A DNA stretch of 64,000 nucleotides from the human T2T-CHM13v2.0 reference genome, Homo sapiens. Below the pieces are notes generated by a model, which saw only the letters and a list, made by a program, of their open reading frames with translations, was not told where the DNA came from and did not search any database. Positions 48,611 through 64,000 of this stretch are shown here, in pieces. The position numbers and the translations under genes were made by a program. The first letter of the stretch is position 1; each line of letters opens with the position of its first letter. The stretch lies in the NCBI RefSeq assembly GCF_009914755.1, contig NC_060925.1; one strand, written 5' to 3'.

Positions 48611-51600
48611 TTTGTGTTCGGGGAACTGGAAAGCACATTTGCCAAAAGCCTATATTCCCCCTTGCCAAGCAAGAGCGGAAGCAGCAGCAGGAGGGAAACC
48701 TGGCATTTAGGAGGCAGATCGGGAGCCCTGCCAGGATCAGACACTGCATAGGATTTGGGTGGCTTCGTTTTTCTTTTCTCTTTTTAAAAGAGCTGTCTAG
48801 CAAACTCTTCTAGATGATTGTGCTTTCCAATTGGTTTCTGGCAAAACTGGGCCGATTGAACATGATCAGCTATTTTAGCTGTCTGGACACTCCCTGGCCT
48901 CAGATGGGGAAGTGCAGTGTGGACCAGAGGAAACCTTGGCTCAGGTTCCTGGCAGATAGGGAGGGTTAGCGCCCCAAAGTCAACATCATCTTGCATTGGG
49001 AAGGATGCCTTGGGAACCGAGCAGTTCACACCTATTATAGAAGTGCATTTTAATTTGATTCTTCTGTTACTAGCACTTTCCATCCCTCCAGATTCTTTCC
49101 GAAGTTGATACTGTGGTCAAGGTAGGTAGGCCTCTGTGGCTGTCACTGGTACAGTTATCTGGAGCTTTCTAGCTGCTGCCGGCTTTAGGGTTATGCCTAT
49201 GAATGTGACCTGGTTAGCCCTAGAGAATGTCTTGCCCTCACTTTATACAAACTGAGACATCAGAAGGATCCTGGGCTTAAGAAGGTCACAGATGCTGGCT
49301 GCGGCTATGGATGGTACCGCACATGTGGGTTTTCCTTATCCTCTGGGATGTAACACCATGATGGAGAAAGAATTAGAACTCTCTCCCTAGGTTCTCTTCC
49401 TTAGCAAGCAGGGAAGAAACTCTGACATTAGAACCAGGGAAAACAGGCAAAGCTTTCATCCTAAGAAAGTTACCCTGGGATATCTTGAAGTCTACTCATC
49501 CCACCAGCTTTCCACCTTGTAAAAGTCATAGGAGAAAGAAATACTTATATGGATGCTGAAGAATTTAGTTCCCTTCACTAAAAAGCTACAATGATAAGCT
49601 GATTATTCAAAGGAGTCTTAGCACATCCCCTGAAATAATCCATGTGCTCCATTACGCATCCTTTCCTGCGAGTTTGCAAAAGCAATGCTTATTTTCCATT
49701 CTTAGTTGCAAAACTATCAAATCAGCAAGTCCAAAAGCTTGTAGTTTTTTACATAACTCTTACAAGCCCTCTTTCCATACTGCCACAATAGTTTTGATCT
49801 TTAAAAGGGTGTTTGTTTTGTTTTGTTTTTGTTTCAGATAAATAAACTTTAAGCCACAGGCATTGCCAGGCTTAGATGCAATCCCTTCAGTTACGGAACT
49901 TCTGTACTCACCCTTCCTGTTTAGGAGAAATGGAGGATAAGACATAAAATTGTAATACTCTTGTTCTGTTAAGCTTGTGTCTAGGGTTTTTTTAAATTGA
50001 TAGAGAAAGTTAGACCCTCCTGAGACCTCTGTCATCGTTGTAAAATCCATAAAGCAAAATGTTCAGAGAATGCAAAGTTGTTTCAGTGTTTGGTGCGCCA
50101 AGACACAGGTCGAGTTGGAAATGAGACTCAGAAAAAAGATTGATTTCCATTCATTGTATTCTGAAGGAAAGTTGCACCTCTTACTTGGGGTGAGTGATGC
50201 TTGAATAGAATAGTGTCTATCAAACTGGTCCAACTTCCATAGATCTGTATAGTGCCAAAGGACAATTTGGGAATTTGTTGGTGCAAAACTTCAATTACTT
50301 TCGTACCAACTGAATATTTTGTACATCATAGAGCTTTTATGTTACATTTTTTGATCCTGAGTCATTAGTTTAATAACATTTAAAATGATAATAAAATGGA
50401 ATTTATGCTGGTCTAATAAGTGATGGTTCCTGTTACAGTAAGCAGGATACGAAATAGTAACAAAATCATGTAAGGAAGGTTGGGGTGAGGATTCGGTTAG
50501 GATTCCTTGGTTGTCAGCAACAGAGACCAGCTCTGATAAACATTAACAGGGATACACTTAATAGAAACCCATGGGTAGCTCATAGGAAAAGATAAAGCAT
50601 TACATCTCAGAAAAGATAGGAGAGAGGGTAGCTATGGAGATTTAGGTGTCAAAAGCTTAAAAGCAATTGTTTCAGCGTGCTGTGGTTAGGACAACTTGGC
50701 TCCAACCATTTTCTTTCTCTGTGTCACTTTGATCAAGATTCAAATTCTTGGAAAACTCTGAATGATCTGTCTTAGGTCACTGGGCCCTCCTCTCTTTGAC
50801 CGTGGGCAGGTAGGCTTGTTGATGGATGGTCTCGCCATGACTGTGAGCAAGTGCAGACTGGTATTATTACCACAAGGAAGAGGAGTAGATGCTGGCAGAC
50901 ACCGCTGCAGATGGAGGCAATAATTAATTTACTCTGCCTGCTGCATGCGTGGACTTCATGCTTGGGTCTCAGTACACAGCTTGGCACTGCTCTAAGTTCT
51001 AGGGACAGAGAGGGACAGAACTTTACCCCTAACTCTCCTCCCCCACCAGAGGGGTTCAGGATTAGATGGATAACTGGACGTTGAAGTGCTCCATGATAAA
51101 TACTGATGACAGCGTACATGGGGGCTGTGGAATCTCGGAGAAGGACCTAGCTGATATTTGCAGATCACTTTACTGTTTACAAAGTACTTTTGCCAGCATT
51201 TTCTCATCTTCTCAGCCATGAGAGGGACAGGAGGTTGGGTATTATTATCTCTATTTTGAAAACTAGGTATTAAGCTTGAATAAAATAGCCTTTTTTACAT
51301 TGTTCCATCCAGCCCGTCGCAAAGAAGGAGTAATTGATTTCCTACTTGCAGATGGTGACTTGGAGTATTTGCTTCCTGAGGGGTTATTAAATAGATAGAA
51401 AGGGGGTATGTAATTTTGGGAAAGAAGAACATTAAAACCTGGCTTCAGATATAGAATACCTCACATAACTAAAAATATTTTGACAATTTTAATATGTTGA
51501 TACATTCTTAAAGCTACACACTACCCTCTCAGACTCCTAGAAAGGTTCAGCTTCCAAGAATATGGTTTACAAAAGTATTTAAATAGAATAGGAAATATAT

Positions 51601-51707
51601 TACAGCCCCCTACCTCACATATCTCATTTTCTTCATGATGTCTACTGTGATGTTGGCAAATACTTGGCTTCCAAAATAATACCCAATCCCACCATCACCC
51701 TTTAGAT

Positions 51708-51948
51708 GAGAGGCTCCCAGCTGAGAAGGAAGCAGAGCAACTTTGCTTCCCTCCCACACCAGGTGACATCTGGCAATGTCTGGAGATATTTTCAGTTGTC
51801 CTGACTGGCAGGGGGTGAGTGTGCTGCTAGCATCCAGTAGGTAGAAGCCAAGGATGTTGCTAAACTCTCTACAATGCACAGGAGAGCTGCTCACAGCAAA
51901 GACTTATCCAACTTCAAATGTTAGGAGTGTCAAGATTGAGAAACCCTA
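51708..51948 (+). mobile_element. MER20 (hAT-Charlie)
   Basis: ggcaatgtctggagatatttt...gctaaactctctacaatgcacagga...gattgagaaaccct. Confidence 0.85.
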
Positions 51949-52339
51949 CTTTAGGTCCAAGGCTAACTTTTTAATTATTTATGGAACTCTTTTGATTTCG
52001 GAATTCTTTTATTTCAAGCCCTATAATTGATCATAATTGATTTTCCAGATACATCTTCGTTATCCATTCACTCACTTTCTCCTTTTTCTATTGAGCATCT
52101 GTTATGTGCCAGGGATGTTGCCAGCCTATGGGGGAAACACCGGTGAAGATGAAAGGAGTAATCCTTGCCCTCAAGGATCTGGGGTTTCACTGGGGGCAAC
52201 TGACTATAAATATGGGAGTAAACAGATAACAGTGAGTTTTAATGTTTGTCTTAAAGAAACACTGTACCAGGACCCCATTTAGATAACAGTTCAAAGACAT
52301 TCTCTTTGAACATGACATTTAAACTTAGATCTGGGGATG

Positions 52340-52355
52340 GAGAGAGAGAGAGAGG

Positions 52356-52398
<43 letters not shown>
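52340..52398. repeat. (GA)n(GT)n compound microsatellite
   Basis: About 20 GT units at 52359-52398. Confidence 0.95.
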
Positions 52399-52404
<6 letters not shown>

Positions 52405-53556
52405 GAAGCCTTGTCTCATGCTTTATTGCATATATTTGTACTTTAGTTTTGTGTGTTAAGCATTACCCCATGAGGTGATTGGAAATAGCTCCCCTGAGAT
52501 GTTGCAAAAGATATATACAAATTATTTTTTCAGAAATTTACATTTAATTTAGGGAATATAACAATTCCAGCTGGTCCCTTGGGAACAGAGGATCCTTTAA
52601 TCCTTTGCCTATTGGTGTCCACAGAGGAACCGGGATCTCAGGCTTTTCTAGCTAGATGCTGGGGACATAGAGACACACACAAAAGAAGGCTAGGGTAAGA
52701 GTTGTTCGAATTTCATGAGACATAGGAGTGGGATGGATGAAGGGGAAATGAGGAAAGTGTAGAGCTGTTCTGAACAAGAATATGAAGAATATGCAGTAAC
52801 TTACCGGAAGAGCAGCCTCATAGAATCTAGCCAGTAGTCAGTTCTCAATTATGTACCCATAGATTATCCATGGGCAAAGCATTTCTTCCCTGGTGGCATG
52901 CACTCAGGAAATGTAAACCAGTGTTAGTCTGAATGAGACAAAATTAGGAAAGTAATTTCATTGCCAATATTTTTTTCCACCACAATTGAATTCAATATCA
53001 GACTTTTTTCTTATCCGTTATTTAGTATCTTTTTAAGGTTGTAGCTCCCATCCATTAGTCAGATGATAGAGAGCCAAATGTATGCCATATAATTATAATC
53101 TTAAAAAAATTGCACTTAGAACAGGAATCCTTATACACATTCATATTAAACTCAAACAGTCCCATAAGAGTAGCCAGGTAAATTGAGGCATGGTGTTGCT
53201 AAGTGTCGTCATTTAAATCTGACGTTGAACCTGGGAATACAGCCAGTAAGACTCCTTGGTGCCAACTCGAGCCAATAGCCCATGTTCCTTCATTCCTTGT
53301 CTTTGAGTAAATCACACTTAAAAGTAGTTTAATAATGAGATGGTGACCTGGCTATTTTAAGTACTCACTTATTCCTGTGGGACTTGAACCAAGGTCATTT
53401 GCTTTGGCCAGCTTAGTAGCCCAGAGACTTGCTTTCAGAATGGATGTTCTTGTATTGGATTACTGAGTCTGATCCCTCTTTTATTTTTCTCCTCCAAAAG
53501 TACAAAACAAAGAGGAGCTCATGATACAATTGATACTGAGAATCATGGCATAGATT

Positions 53557-53983
53557 TGTATCCGTGACTGCTGCCTTAAAAAACCATCCCAAAACAGTGG
53601 CTTTAAGCAACAGCTACTTCTATACTTCCTGTAAGTCTATGGATTGCCTGGGTAATTCTGCTAATACGGACAGGCTTGATTCATCTTGACTGGTGTCCCT
53701 CATACATTGTGCACTGGGGCCTGGCTCATCTTAGATGTCCTCAGCTGCAATGACTCACCTCTCTCACCCTCCTTAGCAGGCTAACTCCAGAATATTTCCA
53801 TAGTGGTGATAGGGGTCCATCAAAAGAAAAAGTAGACAAAGCAATCACTTTTCCAGCCTCTGTTTGTATCAAGTTTGCTGCTATCCCATTGGCCAAAGCA
53901 AGTCGCATCACCGAGGCCAGAGTGAGTGTGAGAAGTTATCACCAAGAGGTATAAAATACGGGCCATTAATTCAATCTATCACA
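53557..53983 (-). mobile_element. MLT1H-like LTR
   Basis: aaccatcccaaaacagtggctttaagcaac...cccattggccaaagcaagtc. Confidence 0.65.
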
Positions 53984-54612
53984 CAAACAAATCAGCACAA
54001 GGTTTCTTAGGATAACTCTTGGCAATTTTTTATCTATTGGAAATGGGAGTTTAAACTGCCCTAAAGCAAGTTTTATGGACCTTCTGTTTTGGAAAGACTG
54101 CTCTAGTTGGTCTATTTAGAGGGCACGAACTGTGTTCTTATACCCCTATATGTGCACAGAGAACAGACTGTCTGAACAGCTGGAGGACATAATTTAAGAG
54201 GCCTCTACATCCAACTTGGGCAGGATGACTTCAAATGGGCTGGTGATGAACTGGGAGAAGTGTAGGCTTGTGACAGAGCTAGAAACACGATGAGCCATTA
54301 AAAGTACATCAATTCAGCTGGTCATTACAACAGGTGCATGGTTAATTTGTTCAACAAATACTTCCTGAGCTTATACCAACAACCTGAAAGTCACAGTGGT
54401 ACACATTGCAGAGCGATGTGAAAAATAAAGGTAGTGAAAGATTATTGAGTACTTACTAGACGCCAAACACTCTGCTAAGGATTTTACCTCCATTATCTCA
54501 TTTAATACCCCCGGTGACTTTGTGAGGGACGTGGGATTTTCTCTATTTTACAGGTGAGGAAACTGAGGCCCAAAGAGGAAATTTATTTAAAGCCACATAG
54601 CTAGTGAATACC

Positions 54613-55081
54613 TGTGCTAGTTTGATTGCAAAAATGGCTGTCATTCTTTACTTTCTTTCTTTGCAATGTGACTTTGCAGCCTTTCTCTATAAGAGGCATT
54701 TACTTGCCCTTTGATTCTGAACTGGCCTATACTTTTCTTTGGCTAAGATAATGCAGTAAAAAGGGTGGGTCGCTTTAGAGACTAGACACCAAGATACCTT
54801 GCATATTTCTGCTCTTTCTTGAAATTCTGTCTACCATGAGAACAAGCCTGAGCTAGCTGTCTGGAGGGTGAGGGATCACGTGGAGCCCAGGTGAGTCATC
54901 CTGCTGAGTCCCTCCTAGACTAGCCAGCTCCCAGCAAACCTACTGAAGTGACAATGTATGAGAAAGCCCAGCAGATTTCAGCTGGGCTCATCCCAGAACA
55001 GCATAACCACTAATCTGCACACTTATAAGAAATAATAAAGTTCCAAGGTGTTTTGTAACGTAGCAAGAGCTAGCTGACACA
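54613..55081 (+). mobile_element. MLT1H-like LTR inserted in a minus-strand MIR (about 54430-55130)
   Basis: tgtgctagtttgattgcaaaaatggc...gcaatgtgactttgcagc...gctagctgacaca. Confidence 0.7.
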
Positions 55082-56953
55082 ATTGCATATCCAATATTTG
55101 AATTCAGGTCTGACTTACTAAGACCTATAACTGAAAGGGGAGCTGGAAAGTGGTCTAGTCATGTTCTCAGGAGAAAGAGGAAAATAGATTTGGTGAGGTT
55201 TTAGCCAGTCTCTGCAGCATGTGCCCCCTGGTTTTACACCATTCATCCAGCTTGAGAACCACAGTAATGGTGATGGATTTAATGCATTTAAGCAAAAGGG
55301 TGCATTGAATGCATTTAAGCAAAGGGATGTTATGGTTATATTTGGCTATTTGAAATATTACTCTGGAGGAAGAGTGAAAAATGGATTGGCTGAGGTGAGA
55401 CTGAGAACAGGAGGCAGTTTGTTTTGGCAATGGACTATAATGAGGGGCAGTAAGATTAAAGAGGAAAAAATATATTCAGGGAATGTTTAGCAAGTAGCAA
55501 TTTCATTAATTGAAATTTGGAGGTGAAAGTGAGACATGGGTCTAGGATGAGCCTCAGATTATGGTTTAGTAACACCTCATAAAGGAAACAGAAGGAACAG
55601 CAGGCTTGAATGGGGAAGTAAGGAGCTTGATTTGGAGATTGAAAATCTAGGGACCCATGGTACATCTAGGTGTAGTTGTCTAAGAGACAGTCTTTTATCT
55701 GTCTTCAGCCTGAGAGAGAGTTCCGGGCTCAAGGAACACGTCTGGGAGTCATCAGTGTCTCTGCTGATCATTGGAGTTATGCTGTATCCGTCATAGTTTT
55801 TAACAGCAGACATCAGCAAACCCTCTAATTTAACTAGAAAGGACTTTTTAAGAGAGATTTTGGTAGCCTACAGAATCTCTAAGAGGTCTTGAAACTGGGT
55901 TTAGAGACTACATAGCCAGAAATAACAGTAGCCAGGAGAAACCATCCATAAGACTGTTAGTGGAAACTGCACAGCAGCTGCCTCACACAGGCAGGTGATG
56001 GGTGGCATCCATGACACCAAGGACAGAATGCTAGGACTCCCTCCAGAGCTATCCTAGAGAACCAAGTACTTCTGCCTCCAGTTTGCTAAAGGAGCCAATC
56101 TCCTCTCTCACCATGGCTGTCTCATTGGCCACCAGCATCTTACTCCTAGGTGCAGAACCTAGGCCACCTTGGGAAATGCAGCTGCAAGGGAATTTTTAGC
56201 TTTCCATTTTCTGTAGTTCAGGGAGGTGGGCTAGAGAGTGGTGGAATGTGTGTGGCCTGAGCCAATTCGTGGTACCCCCAAACATAGACATAGAGGAAAC
56301 TCCACAGGGAAATTAAGACAGTGAGGAACAAAGGGGAAAAGAAACACTCTGTGGAGTAGGCAAGAAAATCCCCATTTCACTTCAACTAGATTGAGTTGGG
56401 CTTCTGTCACTTGCAACATGAGGAATTTTGAATGATAGGGTACCCAAACCTTATAGGAAATGTCATCCTTTATATGCAATACTGTCCCATTGATATTCCA
56501 TACTTGGTTAGCCACAGGACAGGGTGGGAGCTCTCCCTGAGCAGAGGTGTCTGGTCACTTGAAATTAAGCTCCAGGGACCCACTCATTTCTACACTTGTG
56601 CAGTCAAGCACACAGCTTGAATTCAAAGACCTGTATAAAGCTACAATCATTTAAAACCATAACTTACTAAGAAGAAACTTGAATATATACGTGGAGGTGG
56701 CATAAGAAGTTTTATTCCTGGTCTGGAAAAAAACTTGTTCTAGAAGCACAAGCTGTACACTAGTGTTCGTAAGTGATGTGTACCATAGTTGAGTGTATGT
56801 GATGACTTTTAAATATATTTTCAAAGAAAATTTGAATCAGTGTTTTCAGAATCTTTGAAATACCTCTACAAAACACAGTTATGCAGAACACAGTTTGCAA
56901 ATGGATGCCCTACACTGCATTTTCCCAGCTGCATCAAAAAGAAATAATTCCTT

Positions 56954-57780
56954 TGTTATGAGTTGAATTGCATCTTCAAGAATAGCTATGTTGAAGTCCT
57001 AGCTCCCAGAACCTAAGAATGTGACATTATTTGGACATTGGGTCTTTACAGAGGTAATCATGTTAAGGCCATTAGAGTGGGTGCTAATCCATTATGACTG
57101 ATGTGATATGGTTAAGCTTTGTATCCCCACCCAAATCCCCATAATCCCTGTGTGTCAAAAGAGAGACCAGATGAAGGTGATTGGATCATGGGGGCAGTTC
57201 CCCCATGCTGTTCTCATGATAATGAGCGAGTTCTCAAAAGATCTGATGGTTTTATAAGGCGTTCTTCCCCCTGTACTTCTCCTTCCTGCCGCCTTGTGAA
57301 GAAGGTGCCTTGCTTCCGCTTCACCTTCCACCATGATTGTAAGTTTCCTGAGGCCTCCCCAGCCATGCTGAACTGTGAGTCAATTAACCTCTTTCTTTTA
57401 TAAATTACCCAGGCTTGGGCAGTTCTTTACAGCAGTATGAAAACAGACTAATACACTGGTGTCTTTATAAAAAGGGGAAATTTGGAGACAGAGACAAATA
57501 TGCACAGAGGTGAAACAATGTGAAGACACGTCTTGGAGAGCACCATATGAAAATGAGGGATTGGAGTGATGCGTCTGTAAGCCAAGACATGCATGGGGCT
57601 ACCAGAAGCTGGGAGAGTGGCCTGGAACAGAGGCTCCCTTAGAGCCTTTAAAAGGAACTTACCCTGCTACCTTCTTGATTATGAGCTTCCAGCCTCCAGC
57701 ACTGTAAGACTGTAAATTGCTGTTGTATCAGCCACCCAGTCTGTGCTACTTCCTTGTGTCAGCCACAGGAATCTAATACA
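56954..57780 (+). mobile_element. MLT1B/C-like LTR with nested THE1
   Basis: tgttatgagttgaattg...gaatgtgac...ttccagcctccag...ctaataca. Confidence 0.85.
57104..57455 (+). mobile_element. THE1D-like solo LTR
   Basis: tgatatggtt...gactaataca; flanked by ctgatg/ctggtg. Confidence 0.9.
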
Positions 57781-59670
57781 CCTCTCCTGATCAGAAGATC
57801 ACAAACTAAGAAAGACTAAGGTGTTTTTTTTTTTTTTTTTACCAGGTATAATTCAGTTCAATAGTAGTGCATTTCTTTTTTTCTTAGTTTAATGGAATAA
57901 AAATGGTTGCACTTTGAGGCCAACCTGTGTGTTTCCTTGATCTCCATAGAGTAACAGCCTTGAATGCTGGCCCTAGAGGTTTTTATTTTATCAAAGATAA
58001 GCCTAGGGTCCTCTAAGAGCCCAGGCTTGGCATAGCAGGCGGCTGTGTTTTAACAGCATTTGCTGTAGGTGGTATCGCTGTTGTTTATGCTGCTGATGCC
58101 AACATCACGCATAATTTGTTGATTCCCTATTATTGGCTTCCCTGGGTGACTGGAAGTTGTCACCTGGCTTATGGCTTTCTTTTCATCATCATTACTGCCT
58201 CCACTCTGTCATCCTTCCAACTCTAAATCAAAGGGAAACATGTCTTCCCTCATCTGGGAAGTATTCCAGATGCATATTATTAGAATGGAGGAGCACTTGA
58301 CATTTCAGGTGATCTTTAGGGCTTCTTAATCAGTTTCAACCAAATCTTGATACTTTAGAGGACGCATGGGGGCAAACAAGCAAGTGGAATGGAGATTGAG
58401 CAAGGCTTACCAGCAGCTGTAGCTTGTGGACAGAGTCATGCTGCTACCCCAGGGGACAAGTTGAGTCTCCCAGGATCCAGAATTTGGCTCAGTGTGGCAA
58501 ACCTGGTTGTCATCTTCTGTCCACCATCTTCTGCCTTTGGAGGGATTGTGGAGTGGATTAAATTCCTCTCCCAGGACTTTTCCAGTTCCCTGGACTGTTA
58601 CTTGCTCTTTTGCATGAGGCTTCTGTTTCCCTGGTCCAGTTTCCTTGATATGCCCCCATTAGTCAGACTTGCCCTTTCCCCATCGTTGTCTGTGTCCCCA
58701 GACCCATCCTCTCCCAGCAGTCCTTGGGGAGGCAGTCTGTAAAGTATCTATTTGCATTTGGAGGGAGGAAAGACTCTGGGAAAGTACAGTGTTTTTCATG
58801 AAGGCTTCACTGAGTGCTATGTGCCAGACAGTGCAGTTGCCCTTTCTTTTTAGTTTTGTGGAGCAGCATGAGAGTATTTTGGGATAGGAGGGCATGGGCC
58901 CTTGAGGGAACGTAGCCAGCCTAAATCAGAGCAGCTGAAGGGAGGGGAGGGGGACATGAGCCACCACTTTCTAGAGGAGTGAATCTGGAGTAGTTTGTAT
59001 AATTTGGGAGTCTGGCAAGGATAGAGATTTGAGATTGAGGAGCCTCAACCTGTTACGTGACTGCCTACTTGGTCTACCTGTGGGACAACCCTGTTTATCT
59101 TGTGCCAACCCCTCTCCAGATTTGGTTGGAGTATTCAAGTATAGTTCTCATTTTCAAGGAGGCACAATTAAGCTGCTTGCATAGTTGGCTGGAAAATGCT
59201 TTTCAGCCAACAATCAACCCTTCGAGGAAAGACCAATACATTCTCATAGAAATTTTCTATAGATACAACAGCTTATTATAGAAGAAAAAATATATTTTTT
59301 TAAATTCTATAAGCACATCTGAAATTTTCCCTTCATTAATGGAGTGTTTCTAATTCACTGATAAGGCTGTTCCTTCTTCAAGGCTGTTCCTTCTTCAGCA
59401 ATATGGACAGGTTTACTCTTCCAGAGCCCAGGAATTGGCACTATTTTGTCACTTGTCCCTCCACCCTCCCTTCTTTATCTTCTAGGACCTCCGATACCTC
59501 CTCTTCATTCTGCGTTGCTGATAGCTTTTTCTCTATGTCCAAGTGTTTATTAGGATTGAGTCCCAGAAGCCCAGAGAGAATATGGTAGAGGGGTGTGTGA
59601 GCTTGTCCAGAGTGGGCCACCTAAACAAAACCAGAAAATCATCCATCAGGGATTCCAATTACAAAAACGG

Positions 59671-59672
<2 letters not shown>

Positions 59673-59708
<36 letters not shown>
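59673..59708. repeat. (CA)18 microsatellite
   Basis: Read directly. Confidence 0.95.
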
Positions 59709-59711
<3 letters not shown>

Positions 59712-59897
59712 ACTAAACATTTGGAAACTACTGACAAAATGAGGCAGAAATGACAAAATTACAGACTCAATAAACTGGAAAACTTACATCTGAGAAAATA
59801 GTTAGCAGATAAATTGGAACAGGATTTTTAAATAAGTATAATTAATATCCTCGGAGAAATAAGAAAATGTTGCATCTGAAAAATCAGAACACAGGCC

Positions 59898-62150
<2,253 letters not shown>

Positions 62151-62485
62151 GACCACCGGGTTCCACTCAGGGTTGAAAAATCATAGTAACAGTCAGAGTA
62201 GTAGTAGTAGTTGTTGTAGTCGTAGTAAAAACTTACACATTGAAATATCACAGTGGCATTTCGAGTTCTCAAGCATAAAGACAAAAATTGAAAAGCTGCC
62301 AGAGACAGGCTGTTATGAGTTAGGTCACAAAGGGGCTCTGAGATCAAGGAAAGAATTTTATTCCAAGAGCAATAGAAGCCACTAGAGGATCCTAAGAAGG
62401 GAGAAGGATGGTGATAAAAATCTGACTTTTTACAGATGTTTTAGGTTACTGAGGGAGAGTAGATGATGGCAAAAAGACTTGATGG

Positions 62486-62790
62486 GGTCAGGCATAGTGG
62501 CTCACACCTGTAATCCCAGCACTTTGGGAGGCTGAGGTGGGAGAATCACTTGAGGCCAGGAGTTCAAGACCAGCCTGGCTGACATGGCAAAACCCCATCT
62601 CTAATACAAATATAAAAATTAGCTGGGCATGGTGGCGCATGCCTGTAATCTCAGCTACTCAGGAGGCTGAGGCACAAGAATCAATTGAACTGGGGAGGTG
62701 GAGATTGCGGTGAGCTGAGATTGCGCCATTGCACTCTAGCCTGGGTGACAGAGCAAGACTCTATCTCCAAATAATAATAAGAAGAAGAAA
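62486..62790 (+). mobile_element. Alu (Sz/Jb-like)
   Basis: Full dimer; TSD-like aagacttgatgg / aagaaattgatgg. Confidence 0.9.
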
Positions 62791-62879
62791 TTGATGGTTG
62801 GGGCAATTGCGGAAGCAGGGAGAGAAGGTAAGAAGATATCAGATTTGTGCCATCAAGAGGTGAATGTTTATAACTATTA

Positions 62880-63120
62880 ATATGAAAGTGAGTATTGAGA
62901 ACTTAAGTGTCCAGCACTAGTATAACCACTGTACATATGTTTATTTATTCCATATTCATTACAACCCTCTAAGGTAGGGTTGTCTATAATCTCCATATGA
63001 CAGATGAGAAAAGGGATGCCCAGAGAGGTTAAATAAGTTACTGGAGGTCACCCAGCCAGTAGGTGGCAAAGCTAAGGTTTGAACCTGGGTAATCTGGCTT
63101 CAGAGCCCAGGCTTTAATCA
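62880..63120 (-). mobile_element. MIR
   Basis: acagatgagaaaa...cagagaggttaaataa...aggtttgaacctggg...cttcagagccc. Confidence 0.8.
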
Positions 63121-64000
63121 ATACACATTAGGGCTTTGCACTGGAGTATTAATAAAAAAGAATGGAGGAGTGGATGGGTTTGAGAGATAGTCTGGAGGCA
63201 GATTTGACAGGTCGATGATATGGGAATAAGGATAAGAAATGCATTAAAAATGATTCCTGTATTTTGACTTGGGCAATCTGGGGTACTCCTTACTGACATT
63301 GCAAGTCCCTGCTTAAATACAGTGTTTCCCATTGCATTTAGAATAAATCCACACTCTCCTCCATGACTTCTAAGCCCCTATGCTAATAGCCTGCTGAAAG
63401 TGACCAACCATCCAGTTTCCTCAGGATTGCTACTCTCCCACCCTCACCGCCCTTTTCTGCCCAGTCAGGCAGTGGGACTCTCCGATCTCCCACCTTTGAA
63501 CATGTTTCTGTGAGTAGACGGCTCTCTGTCCACACTTTGCACAGATGGCTTCCATCACTCCTCAGGTCTCAGTTTAAATGTCACCTCTCGCAGGGCCCTT
63601 CCTGACGACACTATTGCATATAGTCCACCATCAATTCTCTATCTTACTCATTCCCCACCCTCCAAAACTGATCACAGGCTCAAGGACTTGTGGAATTCGT
63701 CGCTGGGTTGCACCCTCCTTGAGTGCAGGGCCCAGGTCTGTCTTGTTCACCTGCCTGAAGCAGGCACTTGCCATGCAGTTGTTGAAAGAAGGGCTCTGGG
63801 GATGAAGTAAGAAAAATTGACAATAGTTGCAGCAGGAGACATTTTACCAGCATATCAGGAAAGACTTCTCCACTGGAAGTTGCTAGGAAAGGTTACCAAG
63901 AGAGCTTGCAGCAAAGACATATTCAGAAATTAAGGCTTCTAATGATATCCTTAGCATTTTTTCCCTCTGCTTCTGCATCTCTGGCTTGCTCTAATCACAG

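Noticed and set aside
48316-48744. 142-aa K/E/G/R-rich minus-strand ORF
   Set aside because: Product of a low-complexity GA-rich strand.

Overview
Primate (human-like) genomic DNA, almost all intronic and dominated by transposable elements: about 20 Alu/FLAM copies, many MIR and L2 relics, a full-length old L1 (L1MA2-like, minus strand, 16183-24852, 15-bp TSD), a two-LTR MLT1 MaLR provirus, several THE1/MST/MLT/ERV LTRs, Tigger2a and MER20. I find one convincing coding exon: 44599-44756 (+, 158 nt, canonical AG/GT), encoding (A)VQSLHTLNDQISHF...MILMRHLLMDAQ. From memory this is a far-upstream exon of a long, N-terminally extended KAZN (kazrin, 1p36) isoform; that needs a BLAT check. The other ORFs in the track are repeat-derived or chance ORFs. 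The most unusual structure not explained by repeat families is two short (62-79 bp), about 95%-identical local copies 1.2-1.3 kb from their partners, one direct and one inverted, which look like templated insertions. A 20-kb Alu-free zone around the exon contains candidate enhancers. I see no evidence of a new multi-gene system. Repeat subfamily names are from recall of consensus sequences, and edges of old repeats are approximate.
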